Origin: Podospora anserina | Lineage: Eukaryota | Direction: 5' to 3' | Assembly (NCBI GenBank): GCA_017654855.1 | Contig: CM030336.1 | Location: 4,340,001-4,404,000 of the forward strand | DNA: 64,000 nt | Part shown: one piece after another, positions 26,584 through 40,056 of the stretch | Layout of the letters: every line of letters begins with the position of its first letter | Numbering within the stretch: the first letter of the stretch is position 1 | Notes under the pieces: generated by a model | Told to the model about the DNA's origin: nothing | What the model saw: the letters and a program-made list of their open reading frames with translations, nothing else | The model's database searches: none | Program-made: the position numbers and the translations under genes

Positions 26584-29500
26584 GTACTTAAGGGATTTCG
26601 ACCTAACCTACTATTAATTAGCTTTTCGTTTATATTTAAAAACTTAAAAATAAATTATACTTTTTTTATAATACTTTTATGTAAAAAAATATTATACTTT
26701 ATTAGGAGATTAATATTTTATATAAGGAGGGAGAATGTATTAAGCTCGAGGTACTTAATCGCTATAAAGGTGTAAAGGAAGAATTAAGAAAGTTTTTAAT
26801 TTAATTTAAAATTTATTTTCGGTACTACCCTTTTCGTTTCCTAAACGAGGAATTTAAAGTTATATATACTATATCCCGGCTTAAAAATAAAGTACTTATT
26901 TAATTCGAACCGATTTTAGGAAATTATTTCGATAATAAGTATGACGAGAGGGAGGATATTATAAAAAAATATTTTAAATTATATAAAGGTTTTAAAAAAA
27001 AAATTAAAAAGATATTTAAAGAGTACGACGAGGGTAAATATATTTAAAAGCGACTAACTAACTTTAAGTAAACTTAATTTATTACCGAATATATTATAGT
27101 ATTTAAAATAAATATATTCCGTAATATAATTAACGATAAAGGATTAATATAATTATTTTATAATAGGCTTAAAGAAAAAATTAAAAATAAATTATATTAA
27201 ATAAAGCGACCGGAGATTATTAATAAATATATTATAATAATAGTCCGTATCGATAATTAATAATATTAGTACTATAAAGAGCGTAAGGGTATACGCGTAT
27301 AAAGACCCTATTACTTTAATAATAATAAAAAAAGATAGCTGTACGGGATTTACCTTTCGGGGATTATATATATAAAGCTTATAAAAGTTAATATTATTTA
27401 ATAATAAAGGCCGTAAAATTAAAATAAAAATAATTTTAAATATTTTAATTATAATAAAGTAAAATACTTTAAAAGGAATTATAAAGTATTTAAGTAATTC
27501 GGATAGAAAAAAAAGATTATAATAATTATTATATCGAAAGGACCGAAAATTATAAAGGTCGTAACTATTGGGTATTAATAAAGTAAAGCGAAGAACCGTT
27601 ATCGGATATATATATAAAAAAATATTAAATATATAAAAAACGGAAGATAGGAGGAAACTAAACGGGTATAATTAAAAAACTTTATATTATTAAATAACTT
27701 AAAATAAAAAAACGTTTTTAAATAATATAATTATTTAAAAAACGATTTATATCCCTTTACGGGGGCCGGTAATCTCTAACGGACCATAAACGGTATTATC
27801 GAAAATATTAGTATAAAGCGAAAATATAGGATAATAACCTAGTACTCGTTAGCGAGGTTATTACTATATAAGAAAGAAATAAGAAAGATAAATACCTCTA
27901 GATTATAGTATATTAAAAAAATATTTAGGCGATAGTATTAATAAACGGAAATATAAAAACGAATCTAATTTCGCTATAGTTCGTATATTAAGCTAAAATA
28001 CTATAAAAGAAAAAAAAAAAATTTTATTATATAAAAATTATTTTTAATATAAAAGGTCTATAGAGAAATAGTACCTTTAAATATTATAATTAAAAGGAAA
28101 ATAACTTTAATTATATTTAATATTATAAATATAGGACCTTCGAAAAATATAATCCTAAAATAATTATAATATAAAAATTATAATTTAAATATTAATTAAA
28201 AGGATAATAATTACTTACGACTAAAAAAGCCTTAAAAATATCTAGCTAACGATAGGAAATTAAACGTACGTACGGAGTAAAATATAAAATAAGTACCTTC
28301 TACGGCACTACCGTAAGAAACCTAAAAAGTAATAATATATTTTATTAATATACATAATAAAATTAAAGAAATAAGGTTAACGACGTTAATAAAGATATCG
28401 GAAATTAATAAATATATTTAATATAATAACGTAAAAAAGGGCGAAGAAAAAAATAATACCGGTAAAATATTAAAGATACTTAACCTTTACGGCTAAATAT
28501 TTAAAAGGATTTTTAAAGTAAGGACCGTAAAACTATAAAATTAAATTAAAAAAAGGAATTAAATTACGGTTATTTAAAGTTTATTATATTAATAATAAAT
28601 AAAGTAAAGAATTATAAAAATATTTAAATAAAAATTTAAAAAAAAAATATATTAAAGAATCTATATCGTTAATAAAATACCCTATATTTTTCGTATTAAA
28701 AAAAATAATAATTTATAATTATATATAAATTACCGTTAATTAAATAACGAAATAGTAAAAAATAATTACCCGTTACCGTTAATATTTAAGTTACGGAGTT
28801 AATTAATAGGGGCGTAATACTTTATACGCTTAAATATATTTATCGGGTATGCTTATATATAAATTAAAGAAAGGGATAAATAAAAAATAGTATTTTATAT
28901 ACCCTATAATTATTTCGAGTATTTCGTAATACTATTTAAGTTAATTAATATACCCGTAATATTCTAATTTTTCGTTAACTATATAATCCGGAAATACTTT
29001 AATAAAATAATAATATATTATTTTAATAATATTTTTATTTATTTATATATTTTAAAAAAATATAAGCGATATATATAAAAGATATTCGACGCGCTATACG
29101 AAATTAAACTTTTAATTAATAAAAAAAAAACGAGTTTTATATATAAACAATAATATATTTAAAATATTTAATATCGTTAGGAGAGGTTCGTATAGAATTT
29201 AAAAAAATTACGGTAATTAAAGACTAGCTTACGCTATAATTATAAATATACGTTAAGGAATTTTTAAGATTTACGAATTTCTATTAAATATTTATTCGAA
29301 AGTATGTAAGTATCGCGCGACTATTTAACTATTTAATTAAAAAGGACGTAAAGTTCTGGTAAGGGTAAAAAAAGAAATAAGTTTTTTAAAAATTAAAAAA
29401 AGTTATTTTAAAGAATTTAATATTTAAATTATTAAATTTTAATTAACTATTTAGAGTTAAAGCGGATATATTAAACTATATAATTAGTAAATAATTAGGG

Positions 29501-32256
29501 TAGCGAGATAATAACGGTAAACTATACTTAATAATTTTTTTTTTGAAAAAGTTTAAAGGAATATATTAAAATTATTTAATCTATAATAAAAAGTTATTTA
29601 CTATTATTAAAATATTTAAAGAGTAAAGGCTATACTTTAATAATATTAAGTACGAAGTATAGGTCTATACGGATTATAAAAATCTATAGTACTTTATTAT
29701 TACGAAAGTCTTTAACGTACGGTAAATATAATAATTAAAAAAATTTTCGGAATTTAATTTTTAAATTAATTATAAAAAGGGTTCGGAGAACGCTAAGGTA
29801 AATATATTTAGCCGGCGGGTAAATTATTATAAGGATATACCTAAAAGATTACTATTATTATTTAAAAAAGCGTTAAACGGTACATTTAAGTATTTATTAT
29901 AACCGTAAATAAAGTATTATATAATATATTATAAAAAAATTATTTTTAATAAATACTAAAAGAAATTAAATAACGATATTACGGAATAATATTAATAAAA
30001 AAATTAAAATTATAAAATATTTAAAAAAATAATTAAAGAAAATTATAATATAAAAATCGAGTATATATAATATTAAATAATAGAATAATATTAATAATAA
30101 AGATTTATAGATCGAAATTCGGAGGATATATAAGTATTATAAAAACTATAAAAAAGATTAAATAGTATTTTAATTAGCCGAAAATTAAAAACGATGTTAA
30201 AGAAATTATTTAATTATATTATATATATGAAAAAACGAGGGTTACGAAATATAAACTTTACAGATTTCTAAAGTTATTATCAATAATAAAATAATTATAA
30301 AATTTAATTATAATAAACTTTATTATTAAATTATTAAAGTTTAAGTATATGGTAACTAGCGTTAAATATAATAATATATTAATAATAATTAATAAACTTA
30401 TTAAATAAATATATTTTTTATTTTATAAAGAAATTTAATTAGTAAAGTAATTAATAAACGTAATACTATAGTATATTATAGTAATATATATATAATTAAA
30501 AAAGTTTATTACGGACCGTAATATTAAATTTGTATCGAAATTTTAAAGAATATTAATAATAAGGCTCGGGATAATAAATAAAGTATTTTCGGTTTACTAC
30601 CCTTAAACGGATAATTAAATAAAACGGTTTAATTAAATTATAAAATAATATTTATAGAATTATATTAATTTTAAATAAAATAATTAAATTAAATTATTAT
30701 TTATAATATAATTAGTATATAATATATTATTAATAAAAATAATTAAAGTTATACCGTTCTTTATAAACTTTAAATATAAAGTAGACCTACGGTAAAGACC
30801 TACGGTTAAAGTATTTAGGGCTAAAATTAAAATAAATAAAATATATATATTTTATAATAAATTTAAATAAAAATTAAAATTTATAAAAAAGAAATATAAA
30901 AATACTATAATACTAAAAAACTTAAAGGACCTCGTTTTAAAAAAGGAAATATAATATTCTTTTCTATATATAATTTAGGTATTAAAAAACTTAGTAAAAA
31001 GCTAAACTATAGGAAAGTAGGTCCGTTTAAAATTAAAAAAAAGATATCGGAAATAATATTTAAATTAAAATTACTTAATATAATACGTTTACGGTTATAT
31101 ACCTTTTATATTTTACTTTTAAAACCCGTATTATTAATAAATAAGGTTAATATATAAATAATAGCGGAGGACGAAAAGAAAAAGTATAATATAAAAGAAA
31201 TATTAAATTTACGGTTTAATAAAAGTTAATTAAAATATTTAATTAATTAATTAAAATATTTAATTATAAATAATTTATAAAAATTAAAAATAAATTTTAA
31301 TTATTTAAATAAATAAAAAGAATTTTATTAATAATATTTAAACTAATTAAAACTTAAATAAAAAAAATAAGTTCCTAAATTACCGCTAAACAATAATAAT
31401 ATAAAAATTAAAGAACTTTAATAAAAATCGAACCTATATTTTTAACGTAATAATTAATATATTATATACTACACTACGAAATTAAAAAATATAAAAAAAC
31501 TTAAATATAAATAATACTACGCGTTTTAATTATCCTAAAAAATAAAAAGCGTACCTTCGGCGGTACTTTATAAAGTTAAAAAGGAAAGACCGGTTACGCT
31601 CGGGTTTAAAAAAAGGTTAAGCGGCTAGTCGAAGTTTAAAGAAGGATTTAGGAAGGAAAGATCGGAGGGAGTAACGGAAACGTCCGCCGCCAGCGAACTA
31701 TATAGGGTAGTAAGCCGCGCGAAAGACTCTCTCTCTTCCTTTTTAAGGAGCCGAGATTCGTAACGGAAAGTAGTAAGGGCTCGAACTTTAAAGGTACGTA
31801 ATTATATTTCGAAACGAAAAAATTTATTTAAAGTAATTTATTTTTCGATATTTAAACGTTCTTTCTCTTTAATTAAAAAATAAATTATAAAAATAATTAA
31901 AAAGGGGAAAGAAAAATTAAAGAAGAAATTTACGATTTACGTTATAGATATTATAATAAGAACGATTCGAGTTAATATACGGGAAGTACCGGTTGTATCG
32001 AAAGAAAGTTATATATTAAAAATTATTTTTTTTATAATAAATATATTTAAATATAATAAAATTAAACTTTTCGAGAAAATATATTTAATTATAATAACGG
32101 TTAATATTTATATAAATTAATTTCCTTATATAATTAAATATAATAATTAAAATAAAAAAAGAAAGGAATTTATAGTAAAAATATAGAAAAAAAGGGGATC
32201 GGTAATTATTTTAGAAATATAATTGCCGGAGTATCGATTTAAGAAAAGGGGTATTA

Positions 32257-32750
32257 TATTATAATTAATTTAACGGTAAGTCGCGCTATATATAAAACGT
32301 AAATCGCTTCTAACTAATTATTTAAGAAGTTAAGGAATAAACCGATTAGGGTTAAATAAAAGTATTATAGCGTTAAGGTTTATAAATAGTTTATAAAATA
32401 TAAAATATTAGGGATAATTAGAAATATAATACGACGAGTATAATATAAATATAATATATTAAAAGTAATTAAAAGTATAGTACGACGAGTATAATATAGG
32501 ATATAATGTGCTAGGAGTAATCGGGGCTATAGTAGGGCGAGTACTTTACGGCCTTAAGGTTTATATATACGGAGGAACTAGCTAGTATAGATAAATAGTT
32601 CCGTAGTATATAATTTAAATTTATATTTATAGTATTTTATATTTATATCGAGATATTTTATTATATACTATTTAGCTGTACCGAATTAATTATTAGAAGT
32701 TACCTTTAATTTATATCCCTTTTAGAGGTTCTGTATAGAGGTTCGTTATA
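32257..32750 (+). mobile_element. Internal LTR of a different crapaud-like subfamily (494 bp)
   Basis: Preceded by PPT AAGAAAAGGGG. The 3' half matches the other LTRs (TATATATACGGAGGAACT...GTTCGTTATA) while the 5' half is unrelated to the LTR at 18243. Confidence 0.85.
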
Positions 32751-33940
32751 AAGTACGATAGTATATTAACGGTAATTAATAGGCTTATTAAATAAATATA
32801 TTTTTTACTTTATAAAGAAACTTAGTTAATAAAGTAATTAATAGATATAATATTATAATATATTATATTAATATATATATAATTAAAAAGGTTTATTACG
32901 GACCGTAATACTAAATTTATATTAAAGTTTTAAAGAACGTTAATAACGAAGCTAGGGGTAATAAGTAAAGTATTTTCGGCCTATTACCTTTAAACGAACG
33001 GTTAAACGGAACGGTTTAATTAAATCGTAAAATAATATTTATAAAATTATATTAATTTTAAGTAAAATAATTAAATTAAATTATTATTTATAATATAATT
33101 AATATATAATATATTATTAATTAAAATAATTAAAGTTATATTGTTTTTTATAAATTTTAAATATAAAGTAAACCTATAGTAGGGATCTAGCGTTAAAGTA
33201 CTTAGGGCTAGGATTAAAGTAAATAAATTATATATATTTTACGGTAAATTTAAATAAAAATTAAAATTTATAAGGGAAAGGATATAGAAATATTATAATA
33301 TTAAAAAGCTCGAGGGACCTTGCTTTAAGGGAGGGGATATAATATTCTTTTTTATATATAATTTATATACTAAAAGATTTAATAAAAAGCTAAACTATAG
33401 GAAAGTAGGTCCGTTTAAAATTAAAAAAAAGATTTTAAAAACGATATTCGAATTAAAGTTACTTAATATAATATATTTATAATTATATATTTTTTATATT
33501 TTATTTCTAGAACCCGTACTACCGGTAAATAAAATTAATATATAAGTAATAGCGAAGAACGAAAAAGAAAAGTATAATATAAAAAAAATATTAAATTTAT
33601 AATTTAAGAAAGGTTAATGAAAGTATTTAATTAATTAATTAAAATATTTAATTATAAATAATTTATAGAAACTAAAGGTAAATTTTAATTATTTAAATAA
33701 GTAAAAGGAATTTTATTAATAATATTTAAACCGATTAAAATTTAAATAAAAAAAATAAATTTTTAAATTACCGTTAAATAATAATAATATAAAAAGTTAA
33801 AAACCTTAATAGGAATCGAACCTACGCCTTTAACGTAATAATCGATATACTATATATTATACTATAAAATTAAAAAATATAAAGGGGATTAAATATAAAT
33901 AATATTACGCGTCTTAATTACTTTAGGAAATAGAAAGTGC
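32751..33940 (+). repeat. Direct duplicate of the integrase-chromodomain region (copy of ~30364-31550)
   Basis: Colinear matches, e.g. TTTATTACGGACCGTAATA, AAAAGCTAAACTATAGGAAAGTAGGTCCGTTTAAAATT, AAATTACCG.TAAA.AATAATAATATAAAA. Confidence 0.9.
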
Positions 33941-35166
33941 GTTCTCGGTAGTACCTTACGGGTTTAGGAAAGAAGGACCGGCTATATTAAAATTAAAAAA
34001 AAGGTCGGAAGGTTAATTAAAGCCTAAAGAGGGATTTAAAGCGTAAGGAGACTATAGAACGGTATTCTGGGCGGCGGACGGCCGCGTAGGAGCACCCGGT
34101 AAAAAATCGGATAGCGCCGTAACTATAGACTGCGCTACCCGGGCATCCTCCTTCTAGATACCGCGTGCGAAAAGACGCTTCTTACGTATACGAAGAGAGT
34201 AACGTATTTATTTTACCCGAATAAACTTAATAATTAATTATAAAAATTAATTTTTAAACTTTTATTTTTTACGCTCGAACCTATTTTACTCTTTTATTGT
34301 TCGGGTTATTATTAAACGGTTAATAACGGAATAAAAAGAAAAGGAAAATATATTTACGGGCAAAATTAATATTAGACCCGTTATATAGAATTTTACGACG
34401 TACGTATTTAATATATTATAAAAATCCGGAGGTTATAATATAAAAAATTCCGGAGGTAAAATAGGTAAAGTATAGTATTATAATAATACTATAGCGGGAA
34501 ATTCGTAAGGTAAGAGTAAAAAACTTTTTAGTTTTACAATAATATTTCTATATACGGTTAAATATAATAAAAATAAAGAAAAGTAAAGAGAAAAAACTTA
34601 TAATATCGTTAGTAATAAAGGAAGATTAGGCCGTAGGGATTTCGGCCTAAAGGAGGAATATTATATTACGGTTCTGGAAAATAGTAAGGCTACGACGGAT
34701 TAATTAGGACTGGACCGCGTAATTAAGCGGGGCTTACGGTCCAGGTAAGCAAACGGATTAATTAAATAGGGACCGGGGACCGCGGCGGAGCTTACGGTCT
34801 ACGGTCTAGTATCGGCCAATTAGGAGAGGACCGAGGACCGTCTATAAGTTAACGGTCCACGGTCCTAAGGTCTATATATATGGAGGAACTAGCCGGTATA
34901 GATAGATAGTTCTACAGTATATAATTTAAGCTTATATTCACGGAATTTAGTATTTATATTAAGATATTTTATTATATATTATTTAGCTACACCGAACTAA
35001 TTATTAGAAGTTACTTTTAACCCGTATCCCTTTCAGAGGTTCTGTACAGAGGTTCGTTACAGTTTATTTTTATAATATTTCTACCCCTTTTTAAAGCACA
35101 GCTACCTTCATTATTTCGCCTCCGCCCCTTTAACTTAATTTACAATCCACGCCATCCTCACTTAAA

Positions 35167-36270
35167 ATAAGCTCCACTATAGGAAGTTTGATTTATGCCT
35201 TCTACGATACGCCTTCCTTAACTATAAACCCGCGACCTAGTGTAAGCCGTAAAGCTTGGGCCAACTACTATCGCATGCTGCATCCGCGACATATAACCTT
35301 TCACGAGGGAACTATAGGATCTATCAACAACTTTCTAAGCCCTAGCCTCAACTATAGCAACAATCACGATCAGCAACTACCCTCGGAGGCTAATAACATT
35401 GGTCTACAGAACCCCGCTTATTCTTTAAATCTCCTTTATTAAGAAATTTTAAACGAAGGCGACGTAACCCGTGACTTCGACTAGAATTTTAAACCGTTCT
35501 GTTTAGCGTTTTCCTATGGGCCGTTTCTTTGGCCTAGATCGCTCTGTGGACCGACTAGACCGATAAATATATTAGTAATAATTAATTATTAATTTACGTA
35601 GTTAGGACTAAACCCCTTACTTAAGAGAGCCGCTATAATAAAAGAGTATAAACAGCCGTATATTATTATACTAAATAAGTGGGCATTAAGTTAGCGGGGG
35701 TAGGTAAATAACTTAGGCGATATAACGAAGAGACTCTAAAGAGAGATAAAAAGGTAAGTAATATATATTTAATTAACTTTTTAAAACTTATCGGAGAGGT
35801 AAATATACGTATCGTTATAAGTGCCTTTAAATCTTCGTTTTCGACTTACTCCACCTCGTCATTCTGCAATTCAGAGCTGCGAGCAAGGATTAGATACAGG
35901 ATAAGAACTACTACGTTAATATTTGCATTATACCCAGGGGGCAACTCTCCTAAAAATAATATACTATCTAATACGCACTTTACCGATTAGTATGGAAAGG
36001 CTGGATGCGTTTTTCGGCGATATTAGTAACTTAGTAGGGTTCGAAAAGAAAGACGGTAATTATTACTATTAACGGAATACCTCGTATATACGAATAGTGG
36101 TTAGGAAAGCCATTGTGGGAGGTAGCTCCTGGTCGTTACTAGTATAGCTATCTAAATAGATAGAAATGCTAGTTTTTTAGATTAAAGACGGGTAGGTATT
36201 GGATTTAGGCGGATAATAATAATAATTATCCGGATAAAGGGTTAATATATAATACTAAAAATTATTTATA
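35167..36270 (+). pseudogene. RIP-inactivated PD-(D/E)xK-like (restriction endonuclease fold) protein gene
   Basis: One frame plus an intron (35754-35802); the stops are TAA/TAG codons explainable by C>T or G>A changes; start ATG>ATA. Reads NEGDV...IN(D)Y...IIKEYKQP...KRL*RE.KR(G)YTYRYKCL*IFVFDLLHLVILQFRA...YALYRLVWKGW. Confidence 0.6.
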
Positions 36271-36414
36271 GTAATTATATCGGCTATTTGTAAGACTGGC
36301 GGGCGGGGGTCTAAGTTAACTATAAATTTTATTTATTACCCCTTATAGATTTTCCTTTAAATCTAAACGTTAAAGGTTTCTTACTATTCTAATCGCCTAC
36401 TTTTTTTGTTAATT

Positions 36415-37164
36415 ATGTATACGGATAACGAGCTACTGTTGCAAAATGATAAGCTCCCTTTGGTAAGCTAAGCTCCTGTAGGTCTCTATCACTATTGGCG
36501 TTAACACTAGCAGGAATTTCGTCTCGGTAACCGGCTTATCGTTGCTGAAAAGGCCGAGTTGTTGCTAGAGACGGTGTACCGCCTGGAGCTCAAACGACCG
36601 CCCTTGCTCATTGCGCTGATCCAACGGTTCGCTTCTCTTTGCCCCTGGGCAAGAGCACGTTGGCCCGAGTGGTTTTTACTAGCGACAGTTATCCTTAAGA
36701 AGCGAAAGGCCGGCTGGGAAGCAGAGTTCGAAACAGAAACACAAGCCTACGACGTCTTGAAGCCGATTCAGGGAACCATCGTGCCGTATTTCTATGGCGA
36801 AGCTGTGTATGATGGATCCCCAGCATTGGTTCTGTCCCTCATCGAGGGAGAGACCCTAACCCACCTTTGGCGCTATCTCCCCGAACAAGTTTTGCAAAAG
36901 CGGTTTGAGGAGGCTCTTGGTGCTCTGACATCATATGGAGTCCACTACACCGATGCGAAGTTGGACAATTTCATGATGCGGAATGACGGGCGATTGATGG
37001 TCTTTGACTTTGAGCAGGTGAAACTCGGAAGCACAAGGAGTTGGGAGGAAAGTCCCAATCGCGACAATGTTGGTTCTATAATGAGAGGCTTGAAGATGAG
37101 GCGCGTGCATTTAGAGCGCCAGCAAGCCCGGGTTGGCCCTGCCTGGACTCGCCCCCATGGTTAA
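36415..37164 (+). CDS. Small atypical protein kinase-like protein (~232 aa)
   Basis: Exon 1 at 36415-36462, GT-AG intron 36463-36513, open frame to TAA. Motifs: VILKK (beta3 Lys), EFETETQAYDVLKPIQGTIVPYFYG (alphaC Glu), GVHYTDAKLDNF (catalytic loop), MVFDFEQ (DFG-like). Confidence 0.8.
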
Positions 37165-37428
37165 AGTTTGGGGCGAAAAAATAAGCATGAGTTGGAGACC
37201 TTGAAAGACACGATTGGGAGACGGGAAGCTAGGCACAGGAGGCGGAATTTCGGTCCTTGTTTTGTTTATAAATGTTTGCAAGTGCGGAGTCTCGACTGCG
37301 AAACTGCGACAAACTATAACGAAAGAATCTCTTTGAACCTGCCAGAGAGTAAAATTGCCGTCTGAAACCTACCCGCTTCCCCCCCCGCGCCTGCCGTAAT
37401 GCTCCCTCCTAATTCCTAACGCTATCGA

Positions 37429-37548
<120 letters not shown>

Positions 37549-38914
37549 CTTACACCGCAAGGGCAGTTGCCCCGCCCTATAAGAGCATGCGGTCCCTCCA
37601 CGTTATCTTATATGCAAGGCATCCCCTCGCGTACTGCGCCGTAGTAGCTTTAAGATTGCTTAGGCGCTCCCAGTAATCCCACGTATCTAATAGTCCAGAA
37701 CTTACCTTTCCGGCCTGGTGACGGCGAAGCTGTGAGCGGCCATCCGGCCGAGTGCTCCACTAACGTCTTTTTCCTCGCCACCTACTCCCTCAGACCCTTT
37801 ACATCCGCACACAGCGCGCAGAGGTATTGTTTTAGTTTAAATAAAAAAGAAATACGCGGCTATGAGGTACACAATTGCCTAAATTTAGTAGCAACTTATT
37901 AATATAATAACTCCCTCCTATTACTTTAGGATTGCCTCAGACTGCCCCCTCCTAAAGCCGCGCAATCGTAACTTAATTAGCAATCGGGCTTCCCTTCTCT
38001 TTAAAATGCAATGGAACTGTCAGATAACACAATGCACTCCTTAAGGGTAAATATCATGGGGGTTGCAACAGTGTGATTATATTGCTTATCCTGATGTGCG
38101 CTCCTGTTCCTTTAAAGCTAAAGAACCTCAATTATATCTATATATAGTAATAGCATTAGTAATAAATAGTACTATATCCAGCTAAACTAATTACGTTAGT
38201 TTTAGCTTCCATAAGCTCCTATTTAGCTTAATTAACTAGAATCCTTTTTTATTTAACATACCCCCTTAGATTTAGCTAAGCTTAAATTTAGACTATACTA
38301 TATAGAATCTAGGTCTTTAGTTCTGTAACCCCTAATTGTTAAAGGAAACGTTAGTAAAGTAAATTATTTAAAGCTTTAATTAAGCCGTTAATTATTATAT
38401 TATTTAAAAGTATATATTCGAATTTTATTATTTTACGATTAACCTCCTATCGAAACTAATAATTATAAATATTTATATACCGGAGCTTAATTTATAAAAT
38501 AATTATTTTTATAATTACTATTAATATGTAGGTATTATTAAGTGCCTTACTTATTGCCTTATAGATTAATATTATAGTGGGCAGTATTGCTATAAATAAT
38601 AATGGAACTTCCCAGCTTAGATCCCTTTAGAATATTTTTTATAAGGGACCCTTAAAGGCTTACAGGGCTACTGTGGCCTAAAGCTTAATTAATAGATACT
38701 AAAACCTTCTAAAGAAGCTACAGACTTACGTAATAAGTTGCTACAATAGTGTGATTTATAAGGCACCTTTACTACCGAAGGTTCTATAGATTTCCGTAAG
38801 TCTATATATTATAACCTGCACCGGGAATGGATATAAACTACAAGGCAATACGCTAAAGGTAAATATAACAGGATAATCGAAGGTTATAATAAGCGTCTTA
38901 AACAAAAGGTTTAC

Positions 38915-39315
38915 TATTAATAACAGGTCGTTCTATAAAAAACTATTTAAGAGTAGATTATAAACAAATAAATTTAATTACTTACGTAAGGAATTAAATT
39001 CCTCGACACGGAAAGCGCTAGGCGCTCCCTCCTATTTATATATAGTTATTTACATATATTTCTAAAGTATCTTTATACCTTACTTAGTATACTTAATAGT
39101 CTTAGCGACTAAGCAGACTAAGTAATTTTTTATAATCGATGTGCTTAGTATGCTCAATAGTCTTAGCCACTAATTAGATTAAGCACCTCCTAATTAGTTA
39201 CATAAGGACTTTATAGATCTTCCTATTCCTGGCCCAATAATTAGCTAAAGTGTCCCAGCACCTCGGGAACCACCTAGTAGTTCCTTCACGAGGTTATTAT
39301 ACTTGGGGCGTAACA
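38915..39315 (-). mobile_element. Probable solo LTR of another family
   Basis: Minus-strand start TGTTACG at 39315; TATA-like TATATATAAATAGG; internal duplicated segment; candidate 4-bp TSD TTAC/CTAC. Left boundary uncertain. Confidence 0.5.
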
Positions 39316-39688
39316 CTACACTAGACCCACCTAAGCCCACTAAATACCCCAAAGTAGTATAGGGGCTTCCAGGGCTTACAGGACCCACAGTAGGCTTACG
39401 AAGGCCTATATATAAACCTCTCCTCTCTCTTGTAGAATAGTTCCTTTCTTTCTTTCCCTAAGGGCAAAAGTTTAAGGCTAAGGCTAAAGGCTAAGGCCAA
39501 GGGTAATAAAGGCAATTCTTATTCCTTATACCTCACTGTATTACAGTGCTTTACTTTCCTTCGGCACTGCCGTCGTATCTTCCTACTTCCGCTTACGCAC
39601 TGCTGTATTTTACAGCAACCCTGTATAGGTTTTATATTATAGGCCTATTAGGGCTTACTAGCTAACATATATTATAGGCTTATCAGGG

Positions 39689-40056
39689 TGTCACGGACCT
39701 GACATAAGTGGGGAGCGCGGGGCGCGACCGTCTAACCACTGAAACGGAAAAGTGGGGAAGTCGGATTATTATTAGTGCTAAGGGTGATAATCACGATTAT
39801 CACCAGCCTTCGATGAACGACGAGTAATAATCGACATTATTACTAGTGATAATAGTGATAAACCGGTCTATATATACGGAGGAACTGGCTAGTGTAGATA
39901 GACAGTTCCGCAGTATGCAATTCAGCTTATATTCACGGTATTTAGTGTTTACATTAAGACATCTTGTTGTGCACTCTTTAGCTGCACCGAACCAATTGTC
40001 AGAAGTTACCTTCAACCAGTATCCCTTTCAGAGGTTCTGTACAGGGGTTTGTCACA
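39689..40056 (+). mobile_element. Solo LTR, crapaud/repa-like, little RIP damage
   Basis: TGTCAC...TGTCACA, 368 bp; the conserved 3' half retains CpA/TpG; flanks CAGGG / GTCGG do not match. Confidence 0.9.

Larger units (their letters stand above)
18243..35061 (+). mobile_element. Ty3/gypsy chromovirus complex (crapaud-like), RIP-degraded, with nested insertions
   Basis: 398-bp LTRs at 18243-18640 and 34664-35061; TSD GCTTG / GTTTA (RIP-compatible); PPT before the 3' LTR. Relics of gag (~26730-27480), RT (IYFNNIFIY = RIPped YLDD at ~29015), RNase H, integrase and chromodomain (~31180-31330). Confidence 0.92.

Noticed and set aside
19100..34600. AT-rich block as organellar DNA, foreign DNA or centromere
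   Set aside because: LTRs, TSDs, pol relics and TpA excess with CpG retention explain it as RIP-mutated retroelements; centromere status cannot be judged from sequence alone.
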